The notes under the pieces: model-generated
What the model was told of the DNA's origin: nothing
The model's database searches: none
The model's input: only the letters and a program-made list of their open reading frames with translations
Shown: piece after piece, positions 29,085 through 38,645 of the stretch
How the letters are laid out: every line of letters starts with the position of its first letter
Numbering within the stretch: position 1 is the first letter of the stretch
Assembly (NCBI GenBank): GCA_031459385.1
Contig: JAVKIP010000019.1
Location: forward strand, 1 to 59,424
Direction: 5' to 3'
From: Candidatus Fervidifonticultor secundus
GTDB lineage: Bacteria; Sysuimicrobiota; Sysuimicrobiia; Sysuimicrobiales; Humicultoraceae
Length of the DNA: 59,424 bases
Made by a program: the position numbers and the translations under genes

Positions 29085-30029
29085 TCAGCCCGCCGAATCG
29101 GGTACGATCTGCGTGCCGGTCTCGCCCGCCAGCGCGCGGCCCAGCGCCCACGGGGCGGTGATAATCACGGCCTGACCGCCGGCTTCGAGGAACCGCACCG
29201 CCGCGGTGATCTTCGGGCCCATGCTGCCGGGCGGGAAGTGTCCCTCGGTCAGGTAGCGCCGGGCCTCGGCCAGCGTCACCCGGCCCAGCGGCTGCGCGCG
29301 CGGCGTGCCGTAGTACAGGGCCACGTGCTCGACCGCCGTGGAGATGACCAGCAACCGCGCCCCCAGAGTGCGCGCCAGCACCGCGGCCGCCAGGTCCTTG
29401 TCGATGACCCCCTCCACCCCGACGTACCCTCGTTCGCCCCGGACGACCGGAATGCCTCCACCGCCAGCGGCGATGACGGCCACGTCGCGTTCCACCAGCG
29501 CGCGGACCACGGGGCCCTCCACGATCTCCACCGGCTCCGGCGACGGGACGACGCGCCGCCAGCCCCGCCCGGCGTCCTCCACCATCACCCAACCCAGGCG
29601 CCGCCGTGCCTCGGCCTCCACGGGATGGTAGAAGGGGCCGATGGGCTTGGTCGGGTGCCGGAAGGCCGGGTCATCGGGATCCACGACCACTTGGGTGACC
29701 ACGGTGGCCACCGTCCGGCGCACGCCCCGAGCCGCCAGGGCCGCACCAAGCGCCTGCTGGAGCAGGTAGCCGATCGCACCCTGGGTCTCGGCGCCGAGCA
29801 CGTCCAGCGGCGGCCGGGGCGCCACCTGGGCGGCGGCCTCGGCGCGCAGCAGCCCGAACCCCACCTGCGGACCGTTGCCGTGGGTGATCACCAGCGCCCA
29901 GCCGTCGGCTGCCATCGCCGCCAGGGGCGCACACGTCTCCGCCAGCGCCTCGCGGGCGGCTTCAACCGAGGCGTCGTTGTCGCGGACCAGCGAGTTGCCG
30001 CCGACCGCTACTACGGCCAGGCCACGCAT
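29085..30029 (-). CDS. arcC: Carbamate kinase
   Basis: AVGGNSL, THGNGPQVG, ETQGAIGY, PTKPIGPFY, EDAGRGWRRVVPSPEP, VIDKD, GSMGPKI. Confidence 0.95.
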   Translation of the reverse strand: MRGLAVVAVGGNSLVRDNDASVEAAREALAETCAPLAAMAADGWALVITHGNGPQVGFGLLRAEAAAQVAPRPPLDVLGAETQGAIGYLLQQALGAALAARGVRRTVATVVTQVVVDPDDPAFRHPTKPIGPFYHPVEAEARRRLGWVMVEDAGRGWRRVVPSPEPVEIVEGPVVRALVERDVAVIAAGGGGIPVVRGERGYVGVEGVIDKDLAAAVLARTLGARLLVISTAVEHVALYYGTPRAQPLGRVTLAEARRYLTEGHFPPGSMGPKITAAVRFLEAGGQAVIITAPWALGRALAGETGTQIVPDSAG

Positions 30030-30056
30030 GCACGGAGGGCTTCTGCGACCGCGACC

Positions 30057-31451
30057 CTATCCCTCCGCACGGCGCGGCGGCGACGCCTCGCAGTGCGTCC
30101 CGCACGCTCCCGGCACCAGGATCAACCGGCGCGACGCCAGCAGGTCGTACAGCCGTTGCCCGGCGACGAACCGGCCCACCGCCAGCACCGGCACCGCCGG
30201 CCACAGCAGGGGCGCGCGCAGGGTCACCGCGAGCAGCGCATCGATGCCCTCTCGGCGCCGGCCCACGCTGTCGAGGCTCTGGATGCGCCGCGCGGCGCGG
30301 TCGGGGTCGAGCCCGTAGCGCTCGAGCACCCCCGGGGCGCGGAACGAGACCCACTGTGCCAGACCCAAAAGGTCGAGGCGCTCGAGCCACCGCGCGCTGC
30401 GCGTGCACCACGGGCACCACCCGTCGTAGAAGACCCGCAGCCCCCACCGGCGCCGCACCCAGGCAGCCAGACCCCGGTACTCGTCATCGGTCACCAGCAG
30501 CGGGTAGAGGCTCAACATGCTCCAGGCGAACGTGACCAGCCCCATAAGATAGGCGATCGCCGCATGGAAGCAGACCCCCGCGACGAGCACCGCATACCGC
30601 GTCCACCGGTTGGCCAGGCACGGCAAGAACATCAGCTCGAACAGCACGGTGCCGTAGGTGCCCAGCACGACCAGCGGGACGCTGCGGTAGACGATCTCGG
30701 CCCGGCCCGGCAACGAGAACTCGTCCACCCGCAGGATATAGTAGAGGGCCGTCCCCTGCTGCCACAACTCACCCATCGTCTTGTACAACCCGGTGCTCAG
30801 GTAGAGGAGGCCGAGTTGGGCGACGATGAGTGCCAGGCCGGCGTTGTGCGCGACGGCGCGGACGGCCCGGCCGGTAGCCGCCCAGCGCCCGAGCCAGGCG
30901 TGCAGGGCCCGGCCGGTCGCTGGCCACCGCCTGAGCCGATCACAGGACGCCAGGCGCGCACGTCCCCGGCGCTCCCACCCGTCCCCGCGCCCCGGCCGGG
31001 TCCCGCTGGCGTGCACGGCGCCGTATGCCGCCGTGTCCATGAGGCACAGGAACAGGAGCGCGATGCGCATGACGTTGTCGCCGCCGTCGGCGAGCAACGG
31101 GTTCCGCTCCTGGAGCGACCACAGCATCACCCAGTGGAGCAGCAGCGTGATGCGCGGCGCCACCCCGAGGGCCACCATCACGCCCAGCGCGAGCCCCCCT
31201 GCCATGAGCGCCTCAAAGACCACGGGCGAGCGACTCACCGCGAACACGTTCAGGCGCGCGCCGAGGTCGAGAAACGCCTCATAGGGGAAGATCCCATCAG
31301 GACCCCATAGCGTCCGCCGCAGGGGCCAGTGGAGCACGTAGAAGTACACAGCCCACGCGCCCAGGCTGACGCGCGCCAGGCTGGCGCCGATCAGTCCGTG
31401 CTCGCGGGTCACGCAGCGCTCGACGGTCTGCAGTGGGGCAGCGGGCGCCAT
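30057..31451 (-). CDS. SdpB-like HTTM membrane protein fused to C-terminal DCC (DUF393) thiol-disulfide oxidoreductase domain
   Basis: LQERNPLLADGGDN, YLSTGLYK..GELWQQGTALYY, FHAAIAYLMGLVTF (HTTM); VFYDGWCPWC (DxxCxxC), GIDALLAV, YDLLASRR (DCC). Confidence 0.82.
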   Translation of the reverse strand: MAPAAPLQTVERCVTREHGLIGASLARVSLGAWAVYFYVLHWPLRRTLWGPDGIFPYEAFLDLGARLNVFAVSRSPVVFEALMAGGLALGVMVALGVAPRITLLLHWVMLWSLQERNPLLADGGDNVMRIALLFLCLMDTAAYGAVHASGTRPGRGDGWERRGRARLASCDRLRRWPATGRALHAWLGRWAATGRAVRAVAHNAGLALIVAQLGLLYLSTGLYKTMGELWQQGTALYYILRVDEFSLPGRAEIVYRSVPLVVLGTYGTVLFELMFLPCLANRWTRYAVLVAGVCFHAAIAYLMGLVTFAWSMLSLYPLLVTDDEYRGLAAWVRRRWGLRVFYDGWCPWCTRSARWLERLDLLGLAQWVSFRAPGVLERYGLDPDRAARRIQSLDSVGRRREGIDALLAVTLRAPLLWPAVPVLAVGRFVAGQRLYDLLASRRLILVPGACGTHCEASPPRRAEG

Positions 31452-32095
31452 CAGCGCACGACCTCGTATGGCATCCACGGCAGCAGCACGTAGCGCGTGG
31501 TCCCCGCCTCCGCCGGCAGGTGCCGGCGGGACCACGGCGGCGGGTCGTGGATCAAAATGCGAGGCTGCACGGCGTCGGCCCGCACCGGCGTCACCAGGCG
31601 GTCGCACGCGGCGGACGCGAGGCGCCGCAGTACCCGGAGCCCCACCTGCCGCTGCCGCTGCATCCCGGGATCCGCCCCTCTGCACGCCGGGGCGTCGGGC
31701 ACCTTGCGGCAGAGCAGGTGCCGCCAGTCGTCGCTGGTGCGCCCCAGTACCATGAGCATGGCGTTCATGGGTAGGCGCAACAGCTTGCCCATGGGGGTGA
31801 ACCGGCTCCGGTGGTGCGCGGCCAGCCAGGACGTCATCGGATCGTACCACGGCGTGATGCGGTCACCTGCGCGACACCGCACCGTGAGGAGCACGTTGGA
31901 TCGGATCGGGCTCGGGGCGAACAGGTGCCAGTTCTGCGAGAACCACGGGTGCTGTACCGCTGTCACCACAGGGAGGAGACGGAGCGTCAGCGGGTTCGGC
32001 GGTGCCAGGTAGAGCGCGGTGTTCACGATGTACGCCGCGACCAGCGCGGTGAGACCCAGCACCGCCACCCGGACGATCGTGCGCTGCACAGACAT
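31451..32095 (-). CDS. SdpA-like (DUF5819) protein
   Basis: N-terminal [24 protein letters not shown]; stop overlaps start of the HTTM gene. Confidence 0.8.
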   Translation of the reverse strand: MSVQRTIVRVAVLGLTALVAAYIVNTALYLAPPNPLTLRLLPVVTAVQHPWFSQNWHLFAPSPIRSNVLLTVRCRAGDRITPWYDPMTSWLAAHHRSRFTPMGKLLRLPMNAMLMVLGRTSDDWRHLLCRKVPDAPACRGADPGMQRQRQVGLRVLRRLASAACDRLVTPVRADAVQPRILIHDPPPWSRRHLPAEAGTTRYVLLPWMPYEVVR

Positions 32096-32107
32096 CACCT
32101 CGCGCCC

Positions 32108-32144
32108 AGCCGGCCGGGGAGGGTGGCATCCTCCCCGGCCGGCT
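32108..32144 (-). terminator. Perfect 15-bp stem hairpin (attenuator or mRNA stabiliser)
   Basis: AGCCGGCCGGGGAGG, 7-nt loop, CCTCCCCGGCCGGCT, 3 nt after the stop of the small secreted gene; no U-tract. Confidence 0.75.
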
Positions 32145-32147
32145 CGT

Positions 32148-32561
32148 TCACTGCGGGTCGAAGAGCCGTTCCGCGACCGGCAGTGGCGTCGGCATGGATC
32201 CACCGATGAGCCCCGCGTTGGTGGCCCAGTCGAATGCCCGTGTCGCGAATTCGACCAGCAGGGTCACAAGGTCGAACGCCTGCCGGGCACTGAGCCGATC
32301 GGGCTCCCCGTAGCCCGCACCGGCTTCGGCGGCATCGACGCCCGCGAGTGCTCCATAGTCGCCCCCGACGTCGAACCCGGGCCCCTCCTCCATCATGACC
32401 GAGAGGGGACCCTGGAGGGGCCGGCACTCCACCGAGCCTCTCCCCGCTGCGTGACACTGCAGCACCGCGCCGGGCTCGGCGATAGGGCGGGCCATCGAGC
32501 CGCGTATCGCCACGCCCGCCACCAGGAGCACCAGGATGACCACCGCAGTGACCGTTCGCAT
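32148..32561 (-). CDS. Small secreted protein, candidate peptide precursor
   Basis: GGAGG RBS, ATG 32561; [24 protein letters not shown] signal; two Cys; amphipathic C-terminal [27 protein letters not shown]. Confidence 0.7.
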   Translation of the reverse strand: MRTVTAVVILVLLVAGVAIRGSMARPIAEPGAVLQCHAAGRGSVECRPLQGPLSVMMEEGPGFDVGGDYGALAGVDAAEAGAGYGEPDRLSARQAFDLVTLLVEFATRAFDWATNAGLIGGSMPTPLPVAERLFDPQ

Positions 32562-32651
32562 GAGCGTTCCTCCCCCGGGCCGCGCCATATCGTCCGCGCT
32601 GCGCGCCCATCCAATCCATCGGATGGCTCGGAGGGGTTGGTCAGGGGGGAC

Positions 32652-33401
32652 TCAGCTGAACAGCCCGGGCAACAGCGGGTCCAGCACCAGTACCACCAGC
32701 GTCGCCACGGCGTTCGCCGCCATATGGGTGACCGTGGATGCCTGCGTGCCCCATCGGGCCCCGACGATCCCGAGCACGAACGCAACGACGGTGACCGTGA
32801 CGCTGCGGCTCAGTGTGACGTCCACGACGGCGTGCTTGGCCGCGAAGAGCAGCGCGGTCGCCACGATGCCCGTGGAAGAGCCCAGCGCCAGGATCATCCG
32901 CGTCTGGATGTACCCGCGCCAGGCGAACTCCTCGACCAGCGGTCCCAGGAGGCCGTTGACGGGCACGGCCAGGAGGCCGATCAGCGGCCCGGCCAGGCGG
33001 CGGCCCTCGTCCCACAGGTGCTGGCGCGCTGCATTCGGAAACAGCGCATCCTCCCACGGCTCGATGGCCAGCACGGTCCCGAGCGCCGCGGCCGCGGCGC
33101 CCGCGGCCGGCCACACGCCGACGCGCCAGGGCCGGTAGCCCAGGTCGGTCCAGGTCAGGCCGTCACGGCGGACGCGGCGCGCGACCAGCCAGGCCAGGAC
33201 CAAAAGGGGTGGGATCACCGCCACCACGTTGGCCCAGAAGAGGGTCCCGACCGTGACCGGTGCGCGCGCGGCGTCCCACCACAAGACGAGCCCCAGCCCT
33301 GTCCACCGGAGCCCCGCTTCGACTACCACCCACAAAAGTGCGGTGGAGAGGCCGGCGCGCAGGCACCGTCCCCGCGGCGATGGGGGTGTGTGCAGCGCCA
33401 C
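32652..33401 (-). CDS. CPBP (Abi/CAAX) family intramembrane metalloprotease
   Basis: [24 protein letters not shown] motifs. Confidence 0.88.
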   Translation of the reverse strand: MALHTPPSPRGRCLRAGLSTALLWVVVEAGLRWTGLGLVLWWDAARAPVTVGTLFWANVVAVIPPLLVLAWLVARRVRRDGLTWTDLGYRPWRVGVWPAAGAAAAALGTVLAIEPWEDALFPNAARQHLWDEGRRLAGPLIGLLAVPVNGLLGPLVEEFAWRGYIQTRMILALGSSTGIVATALLFAAKHAVVDVTLSRSVTVTVVAFVLGIVGARWGTQASTVTHMAANAVATLVVLVLDPLLPGLFS

Positions 33402-33407
33402 GGTTGG

Positions 33408-34220
33408 TCAGCCTCCTCCCGGCGTGATCGCCACCGTGGTCCAGTGCGCCAGACGGGCCTCTCGGGGGTCTCGCACCTGCACGCGGAGCACGGCCCGGGC
33501 GAGCGTCATCACGTGCACCTGACGCGCGCCCGCCGCCCGCAGGGCCCGGGCACACGCCTCGGCGGTGGCGCCGGTCGAGAACACGTCGTCGACCAGCAGG
33601 ACCGTACCCCAGACGGCCTGGACGCCTGGCGCGAACGCGCCCTCGACATTGACGCGCCGCGCCACGGCGCTGGAGCGGGCCTGCGGGCTCTCCTGCCGGC
33701 AACGCTGCAGCGCCGCCGGCAGCCACGGGACCCGCAGCCGCCTGGCCACCGGGCGGGCCAGCAGTTCGGCCTGGTTGTAGCCGCGGTCGCGCAACCGGCT
33801 GGGGTGCAGCGGCACGGGGACGACCGCGGCCACCTCACGGGCCACCTCGGGAGGGACGCCCTCGGCCAGCAGCACGCCGAGCGTCTCGCCGAGGCGGCGG
33901 GCGCCCTGGTACTTGAGGGCATGAATTGCCTCACGCAGCGGGCCCTCGTAGACCGCCAGCGAGCGGGCGACGGCGAACGCTGGCGGCGCAACGGCGCAGG
34001 CCGCGCACACCGGGGCGGCGGTTGCCGGCGAGACGGCCACACCGACGTGCAGCCGAGTTTGCCCCGCGGCCAGGGGATCGCCGCAGTGCGCGCACAGGGG
34101 TGGCGCAATCCGCCGCAGACCGGCCCGGCACCGGCCGCAAAACTCCCCATCCCGCGCGCCACAGGCCGCGCAGCGCGGCGGAAAGAGCAGATCCCACAGC
34201 GCCGCCCACACCCGGTGCAT
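33408..34220 (-). CDS. comF: ComF family protein (zinc ribbon + PRTase)
   Basis: [43 protein letters not shown]. Confidence 0.9.
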   Translation of the reverse strand: MHRVWAALWDLLFPPRCAACGARDGEFCGRCRAGLRRIAPPLCAHCGDPLAAGQTRLHVGVAVSPATAAPVCAACAVAPPAFAVARSLAVYEGPLREAIHALKYQGARRLGETLGVLLAEGVPPEVAREVAAVVPVPLHPSRLRDRGYNQAELLARPVARRLRVPWLPAALQRCRQESPQARSSAVARRVNVEGAFAPGVQAVWGTVLLVDDVFSTGATAEACARALRAAGARQVHVMTLARAVLRVQVRDPREARLAHWTTVAITPGGG

Positions 34221-34361
34221 CGGCCAGGGGCGGGCGGCTGTTCAGGGGCAGTCGGGTCCGGGGGAAGCGCTACGTACCGCTGGAACGCCAGTGAAGCCGG
34301 ACCTGCCGGGCCTGGGGTGGCGCGAACACGGCCAGGCGGTCGGCCGCGGACTGGCAGCCCG

Positions 34362-35648
34362 CTACGTGCCTTCCTTCCAGGACGCCAGGTAGGCGCGCTG
34401 CTCGTCGGTCAGGGTGTCGATAGCGACCCCCAGGGCGTCCAGCTTGAGGCGCGCCACCAACTCGTCGATCTCCGCGGGCACCCCGTAGACGGTGCGCTCC
34501 AGCTGTGGCGCGCGCGCCACCAGGTACGCAACTGCCAGCGCCTGGTTGGCGAAGGACATGTCCATGACCGCGGCCGGGTGCCCCTCGGCCGCCGCCAGGT
34601 TCAGCAGCCGCCCCTCGGCCAGCAGGTAGAGGCGCCGCCCGTCGCGCAGGGTGAACTCCTCGACGTGCTCGCGGACGCGCCGTCGCGCCGCCGCCATGGC
34701 GGCCAGCGCCGGGATATCGATCTCCACGTCGAAGTGGCCGCTGTTGGCCAGGATCGCGCCGTCGCGCATCGCCTCGAAGTGCTCGCCTCGCAGCACGCCG
34801 CGGTTGCCGGTGACCGTCACGAAGATCTCGCCGACGCGCGCGGCCTGGGCCAGCGGGAGCACCTGATAGCCTTCCATGACGGCCTCCAGCGCGTGCAGGG
34901 GCGAGACCTCGGTGACGACGACGCGGGCACCCATGCCGCGAGCCCGCATGGCCAGGCCCCGGCCGCACGACCCGTACCCGCAGACGACCAGCGTCTTGCC
35001 CGCCAGCAAGACGTTGGTGGCCCGCAGCAGCCCGTCGATCGTGGACTGCCCGGTGCCGTAGCGGTTGTCGAAGAGGTGTTTGGTCTTGGCGTCGTTCACG
35101 GCGATGATCGGGTAGCGCAGGGCACCGTCCCGGGCCATGGCCCGCAGCCGGAGTACCCCCGTCGTGGTCTCCTCGGTCCCGCCGCTGACGCCGGCCAGCA
35201 GGTCGCTGCGCTGGCCGTGCAGTGTCGAGACCAGGTCGGCGCCGTCGTCCATGGTGATCTGGGGGCCGTGGGCCAGCACCTCGTGGATGTGCCGGTAGTA
35301 GGTGTCGCGGTCCTCGCCGCGGATGGCGTAGACGGCGATGCCGTGCTCTGCGGCCAGGGCGGCGGCTACGTCGTCCTGGGTCGACAGCGGGTTGCTGGCG
35401 CACAGCCGGACGTCGGCGCCGCCGGCCCGCAGCGTCAGCATGAGGTTCGCGGTCTCGGTGGTGACGTGGAGGCAGGCCGCGATGCGCACGCCGCGCAGCG
35501 GCTGTTCCCGCGTGAAGCGGTCGCGGATCAGCCGCAGCACCGGCATCTCGCGCTCGGCCCAGGCGATGCGCCGCAGGCCCTCGGCGGCCAGGCCCAGGTC
35601 GCGCACGTCGTAGGCGGCCCGGTCGTCGGCGGTGCGCTGGGCCGTCAC
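34362..35648 (-). CDS. ahcY: S-adenosylhomocysteine hydrolase
   Basis: [62 protein letters not shown]. Confidence 0.97.
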   Translation of the reverse strand: MTAQRTADDRAAYDVRDLGLAAEGLRRIAWAEREMPVLRLIRDRFTREQPLRGVRIAACLHVTTETANLMLTLRAGGADVRLCASNPLSTQDDVAAALAAEHGIAVYAIRGEDRDTYYRHIHEVLAHGPQITMDDGADLVSTLHGQRSDLLAGVSGGTEETTTGVLRLRAMARDGALRYPIIAVNDAKTKHLFDNRYGTGQSTIDGLLRATNVLLAGKTLVVCGYGSCGRGLAMRARGMGARVVVTEVSPLHALEAVMEGYQVLPLAQAARVGEIFVTVTGNRGVLRGEHFEAMRDGAILANSGHFDVEIDIPALAAMAAARRRVREHVEEFTLRDGRRLYLLAEGRLLNLAAAEGHPAAVMDMSFANQALAVAYLVARAPQLERTVYGVPAEIDELVARLKLDALGVAIDTLTDEQRAYLASWKEGT

Positions 35649-35707
35649 GGCGCCCTCGTCGGGTGCATGCTGCGGGGTCTGCCCAAAACCGCCGTGAGCC
35701 ACCGGGC

Positions 35708-36838
35708 CTACTCGATGAAGTCTTTCAGCCGCTTGCTCCGGCTGGGGTGGCGCAGCTTGCGCAGGGCCTTGGCCTCGATCTGCCGGATGCGCTCGCGGGT
35801 GACGCCGAACTCGCGGCCGACTTCTTCGAGGGTCCGCGGCCGGCCGTCATCGAGCCCAAACCGCAGCTTGAGGACCTTGCGCTCGCGAGGCGACAGCGTC
35901 TCCAGCACGTTCTCCAGTTGTTCCTTCAACATCGTGAAGGACGCCGCCTCTGCCGGCGCCAGGGCATCGTGGTCCTCGATGAAGTCGCCCAGGTGGCTGT
36001 CTTCCTCCTCGCCGATGGGCGTCTCGAGCGAGATGGGCTCCTGGGCGATCTTGTTGATCTCGCGCACGCGCTCGACCGACATGCCCATGGCCTCGGCGAT
36101 CTCCTCGGCCGTGGGCTCCCGCCCCAGCTCCTGCAGCAGCTGGCGCGAGATGCGCACGAGCTTGTTGATGGTCTCCACCATGTGGACCGGGATGCGGATC
36201 GTCCGCGCCTGGTCCGCCAGCGCCCGCGTGATCGCCTGCCGGATCCACCAGGTGGCGTAGGTGCTGAACTTGTACCCCTTGCGCCAGTCGAACTTCTCCA
36301 CGGCGCGGATGAGGCCCAGGTTGCCCTCCTGGATCAGGTCGAGGAAGAGCATCCCGCGGCCGACGTACTTCTTGGCGATGGACACCACCAGACGGAGGTT
36401 GGCCTCGATGAGCTTGCGCTTGGCCTCCTCGTCGCCCTTCTCCATCCGCTGCGCCAGCGCCACCTCCTGCGCCTGGGTCAGCAGCGGCACCTTCCCGATC
36501 TCCTTGAGGTACATCCGGACGGGGTCGTCGATCGACACCCCCTCCGCCTCGGCGATCGCCTCCTCGTCCTCTTCCTTGCCCTTGGGCTCGACGTCCTTGG
36601 CGTCCTCGACGACCTCGATACCCTGCTCCGCGAGCACCGTGTAGAGCCGGTCGACCTGGTCGACGTTCTGCTCGATGTCGGGAAACTGCTCCAGGATGTC
36701 GTCGTGGGTCACGAACCCACGCTTCCGCCCCGCCTCGATCAGCGCGCGCAGTTCGGGCGTCAGCTCTTCGGGGGGGTGCGGCTGCGCCTGTGCCTTCTTC
36801 TTCGGCATCCGTCTGCTCGTCCTGGTGGGCGTCGCCAT
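35708..36838 (-). CDS. rpoD: Primary sigma factor RpoD/SigA
   Basis: [64 protein letters not shown]. Confidence 0.98.
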   Translation of the reverse strand: MATPTRTSRRMPKKKAQAQPHPPEELTPELRALIEAGRKRGFVTHDDILEQFPDIEQNVDQVDRLYTVLAEQGIEVVEDAKDVEPKGKEEDEEAIAEAEGVSIDDPVRMYLKEIGKVPLLTQAQEVALAQRMEKGDEEAKRKLIEANLRLVVSIAKKYVGRGMLFLDLIQEGNLGLIRAVEKFDWRKGYKFSTYATWWIRQAITRALADQARTIRIPVHMVETINKLVRISRQLLQELGREPTAEEIAEAMGMSVERVREINKIAQEPISLETPIGEEEDSHLGDFIEDHDALAPAEAASFTMLKEQLENVLETLSPRERKVLKLRFGLDDGRPRTLEEVGREFGVTRERIRQIEAKALRKLRHPSRSKRLKDFIE

Positions 36839-36839
36839 C

Positions 36840-38612
36840 TTACGGGCCGCGCTTCGACGCCACGATCAACTGGGCATACGCCGCCTGGAGGCGGCGCAGT
36901 TCCTCCTCGTTCCCGCTCCGCTGCGCGGCCTGCAGCGCCTCCCACAGCCGGCGGCGCTCGGCCGCTGCGGGTTCCACCTGGGCCAGGTAGCGCAGCGCGT
37001 CGGCGATCGCCCGCTCCTTGTCACGCTCGGTGACCGGAGGCGATGCCAGCGCCAAGCGCGCCAGCAGGGCCGCGGCCTCGTCGTCCAGCCCTTCCCGCAC
37101 TGTGCCCAGATCCGCCGCGGGCGACGCCAGCAGCGCCGCGGCCAGGGCTCGATGCGTGGGCGTGGCAAACGTCTCGGCGGTGAGGACCTCAGCCACGGCC
37201 GCCCGACGGCCCGGTTCCTGCACCATCACGTGCAGGAGCAGCCGTTCGGCCTCCTCGCGGGCCCGATCGCGCCGCGGGAGTACCTCTGCCCCTTCCCCGG
37301 CCGCCGCCGTGCGTCCGGGCCTTCCCCGCGCGCGCAGGCGCTGGCGCAACGCCTCTTCGGGTACGTCGAAACGCTCCGCCAGCGCGCGCAGGTACTCCGC
37401 TCTGCGGACAGGATTCGCCACAGTCTGAATAACAGTTAATAATTCGTCGGCCAGGGCGATCTTCCCTTCCCTGGTCCTCACGTCGTGACGGCGCTGCGCC
37501 AGCTCCACCCGGTACTCGAACATCGGCAGGGCATCCGCCAGCAGCCGGGCAAACGCCTCGGGGCCCGCGCGTCGGAGCAGGGAGTCTGGGTCCTCGCCCT
37601 CGGGCAGGACCGCGACCCGGACGCCCACCTCGGCTTCCTCGAAGAGCGCCAGTCCCCGCTCGGCTGCGGCCTCCCCGGCCTGGTCCGAGTCGTAGACCAG
37701 GACGACGCGGGAGGCAAACCGTCGGAGCAGGACGACCTGATCCGCCGTCAGCGCGGTTCCCAGCGACGCCACCGCGTGCCGGAACCCGAGCTGGTGGCAG
37801 GCCAGGGCGTCCATGTAGCCCTCCACGACCAGCGCCTCCCCGACCTCCCGGATCGCCTCCCGAGCCGCCGGCAGGGCGTAGAGCACCCGCCCCTTGGCAA
37901 ACACCGGGGTCTCGCGCGAGTTCAGGTAGACCGGCTGCCCCTCGTCGAGGGCGCGTCCGCCGAAGGCGACCGTGCGTTCCTGGAGGTCGGTGATCGGGAA
38001 GATGAGCCGGTCCCGGAAGATGTCGTAGTACCCGTCGCCGCTCCCCCTGGCCTGTACCAGGCCCGCCCGTTCCAGCACCGCGGCGGCATATCCCTTGCGG
38101 GACAACGCGTCCACCAGGCCTTCCCATCCCGGCGGCGCGTAGCCCAGCCGGAACTGCCCGGCGATCTCGGCGCTCACCCCGCGCCGCCGCAGGTAGGCCC
38201 GCGCCTTCTCCCCGGTCCTGCCCTGCAACTGGGCCTGGTAGTAGTCTCTGGCCGCGTCTAGGGCCCGGTAGAGCTGGTCGCGCTCGGACGCCTGCCGCGC
38301 GGCCTCGGGCGAGGTCTCCAGGGGCACCCCGGCCCGGCGGGCCAGCTCCTGGGCGGCCTCCATGAACGTCAGGCTGCCGGTGCGCATCACGAAGTCGAAC
38401 AGATCGCCGCCGGCGCCGCACCCGAAGCAGTGGAACAGCCCGCGGTCGGGGTCGACGTAGAACGACGGTGTCTTCTCCTGGTGGAACGGGCACAGCCCTT
38501 TGTAGTACCGCCCGGCCCGTTTCAGCGTGGCGTGCTGGGAGATCAGCGCGACGAGATCCACCCGCCGGCGGATCTCCTCCTTGACTTCTGGTGTCAGCAG
38601 GCCGCGGCCCAT
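36840..38612 (-). CDS. dnaG: DNA primase
   Basis: [15 protein letters not shown] zinc finger, [33 protein letters not shown]. Confidence 0.97.
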   Translation of the reverse strand: MGRGLLTPEVKEEIRRRVDLVALISQHATLKRAGRYYKGLCPFHQEKTPSFYVDPDRGLFHCFGCGAGGDLFDFVMRTGSLTFMEAAQELARRAGVPLETSPEAARQASERDQLYRALDAARDYYQAQLQGRTGEKARAYLRRRGVSAEIAGQFRLGYAPPGWEGLVDALSRKGYAAAVLERAGLVQARGSGDGYYDIFRDRLIFPITDLQERTVAFGGRALDEGQPVYLNSRETPVFAKGRVLYALPAAREAIREVGEALVVEGYMDALACHQLGFRHAVASLGTALTADQVVLLRRFASRVVLVYDSDQAGEAAAERGLALFEEAEVGVRVAVLPEGEDPDSLLRRAGPEAFARLLADALPMFEYRVELAQRRHDVRTREGKIALADELLTVIQTVANPVRRAEYLRALAERFDVPEEALRQRLRARGRPGRTAAAGEGAEVLPRRDRAREEAERLLLHVMVQEPGRRAAVAEVLTAETFATPTHRALAAALLASPAADLGTVREGLDDEAAALLARLALASPPVTERDKERAIADALRYLAQVEPAAAERRRLWEALQAAQRSGNEEELRRLQAAYAQLIVASKRGP

Positions 38613-38645
38613 GGCACGCCCTGTAGAACCCCGCAGGAGGGCTTT

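Noticed and set aside
35649..35707. SAH/SAM riboswitch upstream of ahcY
   Set aside because: Only about 60 bp after the rpoD stop and no recognisable consensus.
32019..36260. 1413-aa plus-strand ORF
   Set aside because: Antisense shadow of CPBP/comF/ahcY/rpoD; long stop-free frames are expected at this GC; no motifs.
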